Shown in pieces: positions 8,720 through 20,329 of a stretch of DNA of 64,000 bases. A program made the translations under genes and the position numbers. Origin of the DNA: Anaerolineae bacterium (lineage in GTDB: Bacteria > Chloroflexota > Anaerolineae > CG2-30-64-16); the NCBI GenBank assembly GCA_034434235.1, contig DAOTZV010000192.1, positions 5,037 to 69,036 on the forward strand. The letters are read 5' to 3'. The notes below the pieces were generated by a model, which had not been told where the DNA came from, searched no databases, and saw only the letters and a program-made list of their open reading frames with translations. Each line of letters starts with the position of its first letter. The first letter of the stretch is position 1.

Positions 8720-9643
8720 TTACGCCAATCCCGCCTCGCGCAACAGCGCCGCGATGGCCTCGCGTTCGGCGGCGTTGCAGGGTCGCAGCGGCGCGGCCGG
8801 CGGCCCGGCCGGAATGCCGAGGATCTCGAGCGCAGCCTTGAGGCCGACGATGAACCCATCGCCCCACGACTCGGTGGCCGCGACCTTGTAGATCGCCTTC
8901 AGCCGGTTGATCTTGAGCTGCGCGACGGCGCTGCGTTGCCAGTCGCCGGCCACGGCCGCGGCGTAGGCCTCGGCCAGATGCGGCATGGCGATGTTGCCGA
9001 TCGAGGGCACCGTGCCCTGGGCGCCGAGCAACACGGCCACGTCGGTCAGCGCGTCGGTGCCGAGGAACAGGCGGAAGTCCCGGCCATCGGCGCGCAGGCG
9101 CTCGATCATGTGGCGGAACTCCGTCACGTCGGCCTGCGAATCCTTTACCCCGACGATGCCGGGGATCTCGGCCAGCGCCTCGTAGGTGGGCAGGGTGATG
9201 GATGTCTTGACGATGCCGGGGAACTGATAGATCAGGATCGGCAGGTCGGCGGCCGCGGCGAGCGCGGCGAAGTGGCGGATGATGTCGGCCTGGCTGGGCG
9301 GCGTGTAGTAGGGCGCCAGCGATACCGCGACATCCGCGCCGAGGCGGGCCGCCCGGCGCACGCGGGCGACCGCGCCGGCCGTCGAGGGATGGCTGACGCC
9401 GGCGTAGAACGGCACGCGGCCGGCGCACGCCTCCACGCCGGCCGCCACCAGCCGCTCCCACTGTACGTCGTCCAGCGCCCATACTTCGCCGGTGGTGCCG
9501 CCGACGAAGATGCCGTGCGCGCCCTGCCGGATGAGCCGGTCCACCAGTTGCTGAAGGCCGGCCGTGTTGACGGTCACGCCATCGTCGTGCAAAGGGGTGA
9601 TGAGGGGGACGACGACCCCCTGCAAACGCGAACGTTCGATCAA
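8720..9643 (-). CDS. Dihydrodipicolinate synthase family aldolase/dehydratase
   Basis: GGTTGE, ILIYQFP and GVKDS; TTG start with AGGAG RBS. Confidence 0.88.
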   Translation of the reverse strand: MIERSRLQGVVVPLITPLHDDGVTVNTAGLQQLVDRLIRQGAHGIFVGGTTGEVWALDDVQWERLVAAGVEACAGRVPFYAGVSHPSTAGAVARVRRAARLGADVAVSLAPYYTPPSQADIIRHFAALAAAADLPILIYQFPGIVKTSITLPTYEALAEIPGIVGVKDSQADVTEFRHMIERLRADGRDFRLFLGTDALTDVAVLLGAQGTVPSIGNIAMPHLAEAYAAAVAGDWQRSAVAQLKINRLKAIYKVAATESWGDGFIVGLKAALEILGIPAGPPAAPLRPCNAAEREAIAALLREAGLA

Positions 9644-9668
9644 GGCGAATGCTCCTGGTGAGGATAGG

Positions 9669-10391
9669 TTAGCGGCGGGCCACGCGTGCCCGCAGGGCAT
9701 CTACCCGGCTGCGCATCTCGGCGACGGCCTGGCGCAGGCGTTGCGGCGTGGGGTTGGGCTCGCGCATGGCGCCCAGCACGATCGCCTCGGCCGCGATGAA
9801 CTCGTCGGCCACGTCGGCCACGTCGGCCGCAATGTCGTGCGGGATGGTGGTCACGCCGTTGCAGTCGCCGTGGAGCAGGTCGTCCGGGTAGACGACGATC
9901 CCGCCGACATGGACCGGCGTCATGATGTTCAGGATGTGGGTGTAGCCGTGCGCGCAGATCGTGCCGTTGGTGAAGACCGGGAAGCCGAGCGCGCGCACCT
10001 GTTGCAGATCGCGGCCGGCGCCGCTGGTGATCAGGCCCACCGCGCCGAACGCCTTGTAGGTGGTGCACATCACCTCGCCGAAGGTGGCCGCGGCGGGCGG
10101 GTTGTCCAGGTCTTGAAAGACGACTACGGCCGGGCCCGATAGCTCCGCGAAGCGCTCCACCTGGTCGGCGGTGGAAGCGTAGGCGTCTCCCTTGCGGGGC
10201 GGCGCGGCCGAGCGGAAGCCGGCCGTGGCCGCGAAGCCGACCATGGGCGGCATTTCCGGGAAGGCGGCCACGATGCGGCCGTCCATGTAGCCGGTGTTGC
10301 GCGGCCGCACGTTGAACAGCTCGATCACGTTGCAGATGGTGGGCGTGTCGATCGTCCGCAATTTTTCCAGGGTGGCAGAGGTGATAGGCAT
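9669..10391 (-). CDS. RraA family / HMG-CHA aldolase-like protein
   Basis: FGEVM...GAGRD and DLLHGDCNGV motifs. Confidence 0.88.
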   Translation of the reverse strand: MPITSATLEKLRTIDTPTICNVIELFNVRPRNTGYMDGRIVAAFPEMPPMVGFAATAGFRSAAPPRKGDAYASTADQVERFAELSGPAVVVFQDLDNPPAAATFGEVMCTTYKAFGAVGLITSGAGRDLQQVRALGFPVFTNGTICAHGYTHILNIMTPVHVGGIVVYPDDLLHGDCNGVTTIPHDIAADVADVADEFIAAEAIVLGAMREPNPTPQRLRQAVAEMRSRVDALRARVARR

Positions 10392-10407
10392 CGGTGTTCT
10401 CCTTGAT

Positions 10408-10776
10408 TCATGACGACGCTACGACAAAGGCAATGGCCATGCCGCCATCGTGCGAGAGACTGAGCGCCCATTGGCGCAAGCCGCGGCGCTGCGCGAGGAC
10501 GGCGGCGGCGCCGTGCAACCGAACCTGGGGGCACCCGGCCTGGTCGCGCACGATTTCGATGTCCAGGAAGCTGATCGGGCCGAAGCCGGTGCCCAGCGCC
10601 TTCGCCACGGCCTCCTTGCCGGCCCAGCGCGCGGCCAGCGAAGCGGGCCGGCCGGCGCAGTCGGCGCGCTCCTGTTCGGTGAACACGCGGCGCTCGAAGC
10701 GCTCGCCGTGTTCCTCCAGGAGCTTGGCGATTCGCTGCACGGCAACCAGGTCTACGCCTGCGGCCAGATGATCCAT
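10408..10776 (-). CDS. acpS: Holo-[acyl-carrier-protein] synthase
   Basis: GVDLV, FTEQE and AARWAGKEAVAKALGTG. Confidence 0.93.
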   Translation of the reverse strand: MDHLAAGVDLVAVQRIAKLLEEHGERFERRVFTEQERADCAGRPASLAARWAGKEAVAKALGTGFGPISFLDIEIVRDQAGCPQVRLHGAAAVLAQRRGLRQWALSLSHDGGMAIAFVVASS

Positions 10777-10788
10777 GCTATCGTCTTT

Positions 10789-10934
10789 GTAGGACGATCT
10801 TCAGATCGTCCTGAGCGATTGACCAGTCAAAGGGCGATCTGAAGATCGCCGTACGCTATTGGCGAGCCAAAGGGCGATCTGAAGATCGCCGTACGCTATT
10901 GGCGAGTCAAAGGGCGATCTGAAGATCGCCGTAC
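10789..10934. repeat. REP cluster: one forward plus three inverted copies, 40-bp period
   Basis: GTAGGACGATC-TTCA-GATCGTCC at 10789, then GGGCGATC-TGAA-GATCGCC-GTAC at 10832, 10872 and 10912. Confidence 0.92.
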
Positions 10935-12268
10935 ATGGGGCCGGCGACGGCGAGGGCGTACTTGTCGGCCGCCAGGTATTTCTGCGCGACTTCGAGCACG
11001 TCGTCGGCCGTCAGGCCGTTGATGATGTCGCAGTAGCGCTGCACGTAGTCCAGCCCCAGGCCGTGCCATTCGATGTCGGCCAGGATGCTGGCGACGCCGT
11101 CGTTGGTCTCGAGCTGGAGCGGCAACGAGCCGGTCAAATAGCGTTTGCAGTCTTCCAGTTCGTCCGCGGGCACGCGCTCGTTGGCCAGGCGTTCCACCTC
11201 TTCGAGCATGGCGCGTATGGCGCGTTCGATATTGGCCGGGTTGACGCCCGCGCTGGCGAGCCACAGCCCCGACTGTTTGTTCGCGGCAAGCCGGCTGTAG
11301 GCGTAGTAGGCCATCCCCTGCCGCTCGCGCACGCTGGCGCCCAGTCGGCCCATCATGCCGAAGACGCCGAGCACGGTGTTCGCCAGCCGGGCCTTCTCGA
11401 AGTCGGGATGGAGCCGGGGCATGGCCGGCCAGCCGAGGATGATGTCGGCCTGGCTCTTGTCGGGCATGGGCACGCGGCGCTCGCGCACGCCGTCGAGGCC
11501 GGGGACGACCGGCAAGGCGGGCCGCGCCGGCCGCTCGCCGGCCCAATCGCCGAACACGCCGGCAACTTTTGCCGCCGCTTCCTCGGCCCCGATCGCGCCC
11601 ACGACGACCACCACCATGCCCTGCGGCCGATAGAAGGTTTCGTAGAACTCCACAAGCGCGTCGCGCTGGATGGCGGCGTTCGATTGCTCCGTGCCCAGCA
11701 GATCGCGGCCCAGGGGGTGGTCGGCGTACATCAGCTCGCGCAGCGCCAGGCCGGCCATCTGCCGGGTGTCGTTCGCGCGTTCGGCGATGGCGGTCATGCG
11801 CTGGCCGCGCACCTTCTCCACATGGTCGGCCGGAAAGGCCGGTGCGCGCAGCTCGTCGGCCAGGATCTCCAGCACCAGGTCCAGGTCTTCGGCCAGCGAC
11901 TTGGTCGAAAAGCTGGTCGTATAGCGGTCGGCGCCGAAGCCGATGGACGCACCGACCGACTCGATCGCCTCGTTGATCTCGGCGAACGAGCGATGGCGCG
12001 TGCCGCGGCTCAACATGTTCGCGGTGTACGAGGCAAGCCCGGTCAGATCTTCCGGTTCGTCCAGGTTGCCCACCAGCAGATAGCCCTCCAGGACGACCGA
12101 CGGCGCGCTCCAGTTCTCGCGCGCCAGGACGGTGATGCCGTTCGGCAGGGTGCGCCGCAGGACGTCGTCGGGCCCGGGCAGGGCGGTGACGGGCTGCTGG
12201 GGCGACGCGGCGACAAGACGGCGGGGCGATGTCGAGACTTTGGTCGAAGGGTAATCCGATCTTTTCAT
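10907..12268 (-). CDS. M16 family peptidase, non-catalytic subunit
   Basis: M16 fold without HXXEH; C-terminal R-E-x-x-G-x-A-Y motif; last residues encoded by a REP copy. Confidence 0.9.
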   Translation of the reverse strand: MKRSDYPSTKVSTSPRRLVAASPQQPVTALPGPDDVLRRTLPNGITVLARENWSAPSVVLEGYLLVGNLDEPEDLTGLASYTANMLSRGTRHRSFAEINEAIESVGASIGFGADRYTTSFSTKSLAEDLDLVLEILADELRAPAFPADHVEKVRGQRMTAIAERANDTRQMAGLALRELMYADHPLGRDLLGTEQSNAAIQRDALVEFYETFYRPQGMVVVVVGAIGAEEAAAKVAGVFGDWAGERPARPALPVVPGLDGVRERRVPMPDKSQADIILGWPAMPRLHPDFEKARLANTVLGVFGMMGRLGASVRERQGMAYYAYSRLAANKQSGLWLASAGVNPANIERAIRAMLEEVERLANERVPADELEDCKRYLTGSLPLQLETNDGVASILADIEWHGLGLDYVQRYCDIINGLTADDVLEVAQKYLAADKYALAVAGPMYGDLQIAL

Positions 12269-12282
12269 TTCATTGCTCCTTG

Positions 12283-13590
12283 TCACCCTGTCACCTGGTC
12301 GTCTGCATCATCGCCCGTCGGCACATACCAGCCCACCGTGCGCAGTCGGGGCTGAAGTCGCTCCCGCGCCACCCGCTGCACGTCGGCGACGGTGACGGCC
12401 GCCAGCCGGTCCAGGAACTGCTCGAACCAGTTCACATCGGCCACGATCTCGCTGAAGCCGAGCCAATAGCCCTGGTCGGTCACGCTTTCGCTCGAATAGG
12501 CGAACTGGGCGCGCGTTTGCTTGATCGCCTTGGCGAGCTCTTCTTCGCTCACCGGCTCGTCGATCACCCGCTCGATCTCGGCCAGGAGCGCGGCCTCGAC
12601 TTCCTGCAGGGTGCGCCCCTGCCGGACGGTGGCCGAGAAGCTGAAGAGATACGGATCAACGGTCGAGCTCATCGAGCAGTCGGCGTCGGCGGCCAGCTCG
12701 GTCTCGACCAGCGCCTTGTAGAGCCGCGAGCTGCGGTTGGGGGTGCCGCCGCCCCAGAGCGACATCCCCTTGGCGCCGCCCAGGATGGTGTCGAGCACGA
12801 CCATGGCGTGGTAGTCGGGGTCGGTGGCCGCGGGCGCGCGGAAGGCCACTTCGAGGTACGCGGTGGCGCCCGGCCCTTCCACAACCACGCGACGTTCCCC
12901 GCGCTGCGGCGGCTCCTGCGCGGTGAAGCGCGGCAGCGGCGGCCCGGGCGGGATGGCGCCGAACAGCCCGGCGATGCGCTCGATCATCGCCTGGCGGTCG
13001 AAGTCGCCGGCTACCGCCACGATCGCGTTGTTGGGCGCGTAGTAGGTGCGGTAGTGCGCATAGAGCTGATCGCGCGTCATCGTCTCCAGATCGCATTGCC
13101 AGCCGATGACCGAATGATGATATGGGTGCGCCTGAAACGCGGCCGCCTGCAACGCCTCGCCCAGGAGGAAGGTCGGGTTGTTCTCGCTGCCCTGGCGCTC
13201 CGAGATGATCACCGTGCGCTCCAGCTCGGTCTCGGCCGGATCGAAGAGCGCGTTGGCCATGCGGTCCGCCTCGATCTGCAACGCCAGGTCAATGCGGTCG
13301 GAGGGCAACGTCTCGAAGTAGGTGGTGAAGTCGATCCAGGTCATGCCGTTGAACATGCCGCCCTCGCGGGCGATGGCTTTGTCGAGCTCGCCCTGCGGGA
13401 AGGTCGGCGTGCCCTTGAAGAGCATGTGCTCGACCCAATGCGAGATGCCGGTGATCCCCTCGTGTTCGTTGCGGCTGCCCACCCGGTACCAGATCCAGAA
13501 GCTGGTGACGGGCGCGTGATGCATCTCGCGCAAGACGACCGTCAGGCCGTTGTCGAGTGTGGTCTTGTAGATCGGATTGAGTTGGGTCAC
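12283..13590 (-). CDS. M16 family peptidase, catalytic subunit
   Basis: HWVEH (HXXEH) plus downstream E..V..SER; GTG start with GGAG. Confidence 0.92.
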   Translation of the reverse strand: MTQLNPIYKTTLDNGLTVVLREMHHAPVTSFWIWYRVGSRNEHEGITGISHWVEHMLFKGTPTFPQGELDKAIAREGGMFNGMTWIDFTTYFETLPSDRIDLALQIEADRMANALFDPAETELERTVIISERQGSENNPTFLLGEALQAAAFQAHPYHHSVIGWQCDLETMTRDQLYAHYRTYYAPNNAIVAVAGDFDRQAMIERIAGLFGAIPPGPPLPRFTAQEPPQRGERRVVVEGPGATAYLEVAFRAPAATDPDYHAMVVLDTILGGAKGMSLWGGGTPNRSSRLYKALVETELAADADCSMSSTVDPYLFSFSATVRQGRTLQEVEAALLAEIERVIDEPVSEEELAKAIKQTRAQFAYSSESVTDQGYWLGFSEIVADVNWFEQFLDRLAAVTVADVQRVARERLQPRLRTVGWYVPTGDDADDQVTG

Positions 13591-13603
13591 GGAAGGCTCC
13601 GGG

Positions 13604-13683
13604 AAACGTGAAACGTAAAACGTAAAACGTAAAACGTGAGCACGTGAGCACGTGAGCACCTGAGCACGTGAGCACGTGAACAC
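13604..13683. repeat. Composite short tandem repeat: (AAACGTR)x5 followed by about 5 AGCACGTG units
   Basis: Direct reading of the intergenic sequence. Confidence 0.9.
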
Positions 13684-13684
13684 A

Positions 13685-16426
<2,742 letters not shown>

Positions 16427-16447
16427 GTACGCAAGCTCCTCGACTTC

Positions 16448-17440
16448 TCACTCATCTCGCGATATGGCCGCGGCCTCGCGCCAGCCCATGCCGGCCCGCA
16501 ACATGTAATAGCCGCCCAACGCGGTGATGGGGAACCAGAGCGCGACGTGCAACACGATCGTATAGCCGAACGCCAGGCTATACGGCACGCCCAGCGCCTC
16601 CAGCACCCGCGCGCCCACCTCGAACGTGCCGATGTAGCCGGGCGCAGAGGGCAGAGTCGTTGTCAGGTTCACCACTCCGTTCATCAGCATCAGGCCGATG
16701 AAGGTGACCGCGAAGGCAAAGGCGTGCATGACGAACCAATACTTCACCGTCTCCAGCAGCCAGATCACCACCGAGGTGACGAAGACCATGAGCACGTCGC
16801 GGCCGCTGCGCAGGAACGAAAGCCCGACCATGAAGCGGCGGTAAAAGCCTTCGACCGGCGCGGCCAGGCGGCGGGGCAAAAACCGGTCGGCAAAGAAATG
16901 GTAGAGGGCATCGGCGCGCGGCGGGTTGGCGGCCGCGGCCAGGAAGACGATCAGTGCGCCGAAGAAGAGCCCGCTGGCGCCCACCACCACCCCGCGATAC
17001 ACGGTCGGAATGTGCTCGGCGCCCACGAACGGCAACGCGAAGAACACGAAGAGCAACATCACCAGGCCGTCGAACACGCGCTCGATGATGATCGGCGCCA
17101 GCGAGGTGCTGATCGGCACGCCGGCATCGCGGCGCAACACATAGGCGCGCAGCAGCTCGCCCAGCCGCGCCGGAAAGACGTTGTTGCCGAAATAGCCGAT
17201 GCACACGATGGGGAAGAGCCGGCGGATCTCCAGCACCTTTACCGGCCGCAAGAGGTAATACCAGCGCCAGGTGCGCGCCCAAACCGCCAGGAAATAGACC
17301 GCCACCCCCGGCGCGATCCACCCGTAGTTGGCCGTGCGCAGATAGAACCAGACTTCTTGCAGGTGAAGCCCCTGCACCGCGAACCAGAGGAACGCCAGGC
17401 TGATCACGATGCCCAGCGCGAATTGCCATCGTCGCTTCAA
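16448..17440 (-). CDS. Lysylphosphatidylglycerol synthase-like transmembrane (flippase-like) protein
   Basis: RTWRW, GNNVFPARLGE..R, ERVFD and PSAPGYIGTFE; TTG start inferred from GGAG. Confidence 0.85.
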   Translation of the reverse strand: MKRRWQFALGIVISLAFLWFAVQGLHLQEVWFYLRTANYGWIAPGVAVYFLAVWARTWRWYYLLRPVKVLEIRRLFPIVCIGYFGNNVFPARLGELLRAYVLRRDAGVPISTSLAPIIIERVFDGLVMLLFVFFALPFVGAEHIPTVYRGVVVGASGLFFGALIVFLAAAANPPRADALYHFFADRFLPRRLAAPVEGFYRRFMVGLSFLRSGRDVLMVFVTSVVIWLLETVKYWFVMHAFAFAVTFIGLMLMNGVVNLTTTLPSAPGYIGTFEVGARVLEALGVPYSLAFGYTIVLHVALWFPITALGGYYMLRAGMGWREAAAISRDE

Positions 17441-17547
17441 ACGTTTTCTCCATGGCCGCCGGAAAGGAGCGGGCGGATCGGCACCTGTCGCGGCCAATCG
17501 AACGCAAGCGCCGCCGACCCGCCCAATTGCTCGCGCCTATTGCCGAT

Positions 17548-17796
17548 TCATTCCGTGGTCGGGGTCGGCGAGCTCAACATGACGCCGAGCACCCGTTCCA
17601 TCGCCATCGTATGGCTGCAAACCCCGCGCTGCTCGAAGAAATCGCATCCGCAATGCCAGACGCCGTTATCAAAGGTGACCGTATAGGACTGGTGCTTGCC
17701 CTGAAATTCCGCCGTAAAGCTCTTGAAGCTGATCCGTTCCGGCTCCTGCGCATACTCGCGCGCCTTACTGATCTTTGCGATCATCGCCGAATCCAT
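17548..17796 (-). CDS. Small SWIM zinc-finger protein
   Basis: CGCDFFEQRGVCSH = CxCxnCxH. Confidence 0.85.
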   Translation of the reverse strand: MDSAMIAKISKAREYAQEPERISFKSFTAEFQGKHQSYTVTFDNGVWHCGCDFFEQRGVCSHTMAMERVLGVMLSSPTPTTE

Positions 17797-17837
17797 AAGC
17801 AGGCCTCCTCATGACTGAAAATTGAGCGGTTGCGCGT

Positions 17838-19166
17838 CTACTTCTGTTCCACCGGCTTTCCTCCATCCGCGCCGGCCAACAAATAGAACCGGCCGCCCTG
17901 CACCTGTTGTACCGTGTTCACCAGGCCCGCATTCCCCTGGCGGATCCACAGGTCATGGCCGGCTTCATTGAGTTGTTCGTTCAGGATCTTCTCCGCAGCG
18001 GGATCGGGGAAGAGGCCGAGGCGGACGGCCAGCAGACCTGTGCGCAGCAGTTCGACGCGCGCCTGGCTGGCATCGGCCGGGCTCAGGGTGTCGAGCTGTT
18101 GGCCGTAGCCGTTGATCAGGTCGGTGTAAGTCGCGGCCAGCTCCGCACGCAGGGCATCGGCCTGCGGCGACCAATCGGGGACCAGGTCGCTGCCGAACCC
18201 GCCGATGGCAACGCGATATTTGATCGTGAGCCAGGCAATGCGATCGTGCCGGAGGGCCAGCCGGTCGGCTTCCGCCAGCTCCGCCGAGGCATCGTAGAAG
18301 GCGGTTCGGGCCGCATCTTCCGCCAGCAGCGTCCGGCCCAGGGCTTCGGCGAGCGCCTGGCGTTCGGCCGGCGATGCCCCAAGCCAACGGCCGGCCATCT
18401 GAGCCGCGGCCTGCTGCCGTTCGGCGATGGCCGCGACCACGGCCGGGGGCAACGTCACCCCACCGCGCAGGACCGGCAACCACATTTGTGGCGGCGCGAG
18501 CTGCACGCCCGGCCCGGCGCTGGCGGCCACCAGGTCGCGACGCACCGCGTCGGCCGCGGCCTCTTCGCCGAGCCGGCGATAGGCCGCCTCGACTCGCTCC
18601 AGGATCGCGCGGCGCTGTGCCGGCAAGAGATACAGGCTATAGCGGCCGACCGTCTCGGCCTGCGCCAGCGCCAGCCGGGCGGCCGCTATCTGGTGGAGGG
18701 CGGCATAGCGCGAGGCAACTTGCAGCGAGGTGTCGGCCCGACCCATGTCGCCCACCGTCGGGCTCAGCGCGGCAATGTCTAGCGCGGCCTGAAGCGCCAC
18801 GAGCGCGCGTGCCGGCTCGGTTTGCCGGTAGCGGTCGGCCAGGAGCAACCAGTGGCCGCCGCGCAGCGTGTCGGGGAGCAAGACGCTGAAGGCCAGGCCG
18901 GCGTACGCGGTCTCGAGCTCGCCGGCGTCCAGCGCGGCCCGAATCACCCGATCGTCCCCTTCGCCGGCCAGGGTGAGCACCGCCAGGTCGGCCGCGACCG
19001 CCTTGGGCCGCACCGCGCCGATCGGATCGGCCCAGGCGAGGGATCTCTCCGGCTGGCGCGCCGAGAGGAAATAGGCCGCCAACAGGCCCAGGCCCACCAA
19101 CGTCAAGATCACTGCTCCGCCCAGCAAGACGATGAACAGCCGGTTCGAGTTGCGGAGCCGTCTCAT
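17838..19166 (-). CDS. Hypothetical membrane-anchored helical protein
   Basis: N-terminal TM segment; Ala/Leu-rich helical body; GGGAG before ATG 19166. Confidence 0.75.
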   Translation of the reverse strand: MRRLRNSNRLFIVLLGGAVILTLVGLGLLAAYFLSARQPERSLAWADPIGAVRPKAVAADLAVLTLAGEGDDRVIRAALDAGELETAYAGLAFSVLLPDTLRGGHWLLLADRYRQTEPARALVALQAALDIAALSPTVGDMGRADTSLQVASRYAALHQIAAARLALAQAETVGRYSLYLLPAQRRAILERVEAAYRRLGEEAAADAVRRDLVAASAGPGVQLAPPQMWLPVLRGGVTLPPAVVAAIAERQQAAAQMAGRWLGASPAERQALAEALGRTLLAEDAARTAFYDASAELAEADRLALRHDRIAWLTIKYRVAIGGFGSDLVPDWSPQADALRAELAATYTDLINGYGQQLDTLSPADASQARVELLRTGLLAVRLGLFPDPAAEKILNEQLNEAGHDLWIRQGNAGLVNTVQQVQGGRFYLLAGADGGKPVEQK

Positions 19167-19288
19167 GCTCCCACCATACGGTCCAAATCGCCTCCCGATC
19201 GCCTGCTCTCTCAGGCGCACAGGCAAACTGTTCCGGCGGCCGCGCGCCGCCGGCCGATAGCCGATATAGAGTATCCTCTCCAGGGAAC

Positions 19289-19338
19289 GGCGGTCGCAGA
19301 CCGCCTACGAGCCTGCTTCCAGGGGGTCTGCGACCCCC
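19289..19338. repeat. REP-like palindromes (GGTCGCAGACC family)
   Basis: GGCGGTCGCAGACCGCCTAC and GGGGGTCTGCGACCCCC; related copy at 56670-56684. Confidence 0.7.
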
Positions 19339-19434
19339 ATCGGCTCCTACGAGAAGATACCCGATAAACGAGTCTAGTATACCACACGGTTCCCCGGTCG
19401 GAAAATTGCCCGCATCCGCGCGCGATCCTCTGAA

Positions 19435-19463
19435 TTGACACAATGGCGGCCTGCGGAGATAAT
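19435..19463 (+). promoter_or_regulatory. Sigma70-type promoter of the sugar-acid operon
   Basis: TTGACA, 17 bp, GATAAT. Confidence 0.65.
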
Positions 19464-19514
19464 TCGCTGAGCAGGTTGAACCGATGCCAGCGTCATCGTT
19501 TGTGGAGCATTCCG

Positions 19515-20306
19515 ATGCAAAAAGTGCTCATCACCGGCGCCTATGGCCTGGTAGGGAACGTTGCCTATCGCCGACTGGCGTCTCTCCCCGATCGCTACGA
19601 TGTCTACGGCATGGTGCGCCGACGCGTCCCCTCGGTCCGCCTGCCGGAGGCCGACCTGGAGCCCATCCCCGACGCCAGGCTGCGGATTGCCGATCTGACC
19701 GACTTCTCCGCGGTGCAACGGGCCGTCGAGGGCATGGACGCGGTGGTGCATCTCGCCGCTACCCCCGATCAGACCGCTCCCTGGGAGCTGGTTCACGCCA
19801 ACAACATCGTCGGTACTTATCACCTCTTCGAGGCGTGCCGGCTGGCCGGCGTCCGCCGCGTGGTCTTTGCCAGCACCATTCAAGTGGTCTTCGGTTACCG
19901 GAGCGAGGAGCCGTATCGGTCGTTGCTGGAGGGGCGCTTCGAGGCGGTCTCGTTGGCCGATCTGCGGCCGATCCGCTCCGATCAGCCGCCGCGGCCGCTG
20001 AACCTGTATGCCGCGAGCAAGGTGTGGGGCGAGGCGGCGGCGCACATGTACGCGTACACGCACGGATTGTCGTGCCTGGTGTTGCGCATCGGCTGGGTGT
20101 TGGCCGACGATCGCGTGCCGCAGCGCTGGGGCGAGTCGGTCTTCGTCAGCCGACGCGACATCGCGCAGATCATCGAGCGTTGCGTCGCCGCACCGGCCGG
20201 CCTGCGCTTCGGCATCTTCTTTGGCCTGTCCAATAACCGCTACAACCTGGCCGACATCACGCCGGCGCGCGAGGTGTTGGGGTACGCGCCGGAAGATGGG
20301 TATTAG
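19515..20306 (+). CDS. NAD-dependent epimerase/dehydratase (uronate dehydrogenase-like)
   Basis: ITGAYGLVG, VVHLAA, VVFAST and YAASK. Confidence 0.88.
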   Translation: MQKVLITGAYGLVGNVAYRRLASLPDRYDVYGMVRRRVPSVRLPEADLEPIPDARLRIADLTDFSAVQRAVEGMDAVVHLAATPDQTAPWELVHANNIVGTYHLFEACRLAGVRRVVFASTIQVVFGYRSEEPYRSLLEGRFEAVSLADLRPIRSDQPPRPLNLYAASKVWGEAAAHMYAYTHGLSCLVLRIGWVLADDRVPQRWGESVFVSRRDIAQIIERCVAAPAGLRFGIFFGLSNNRYNLADITPAREVLGYAPEDGY

Positions 20307-20329
20307 GGATTGGGGATAAGGAGCTTGCG

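Noticed and set aside
13639-13683. CACGTG octamer repeats as extra sites for the LacI at 36234
   Set aside because: Only the 6-bp core is shared; the flanks differ from TGACACGTGTAAGC
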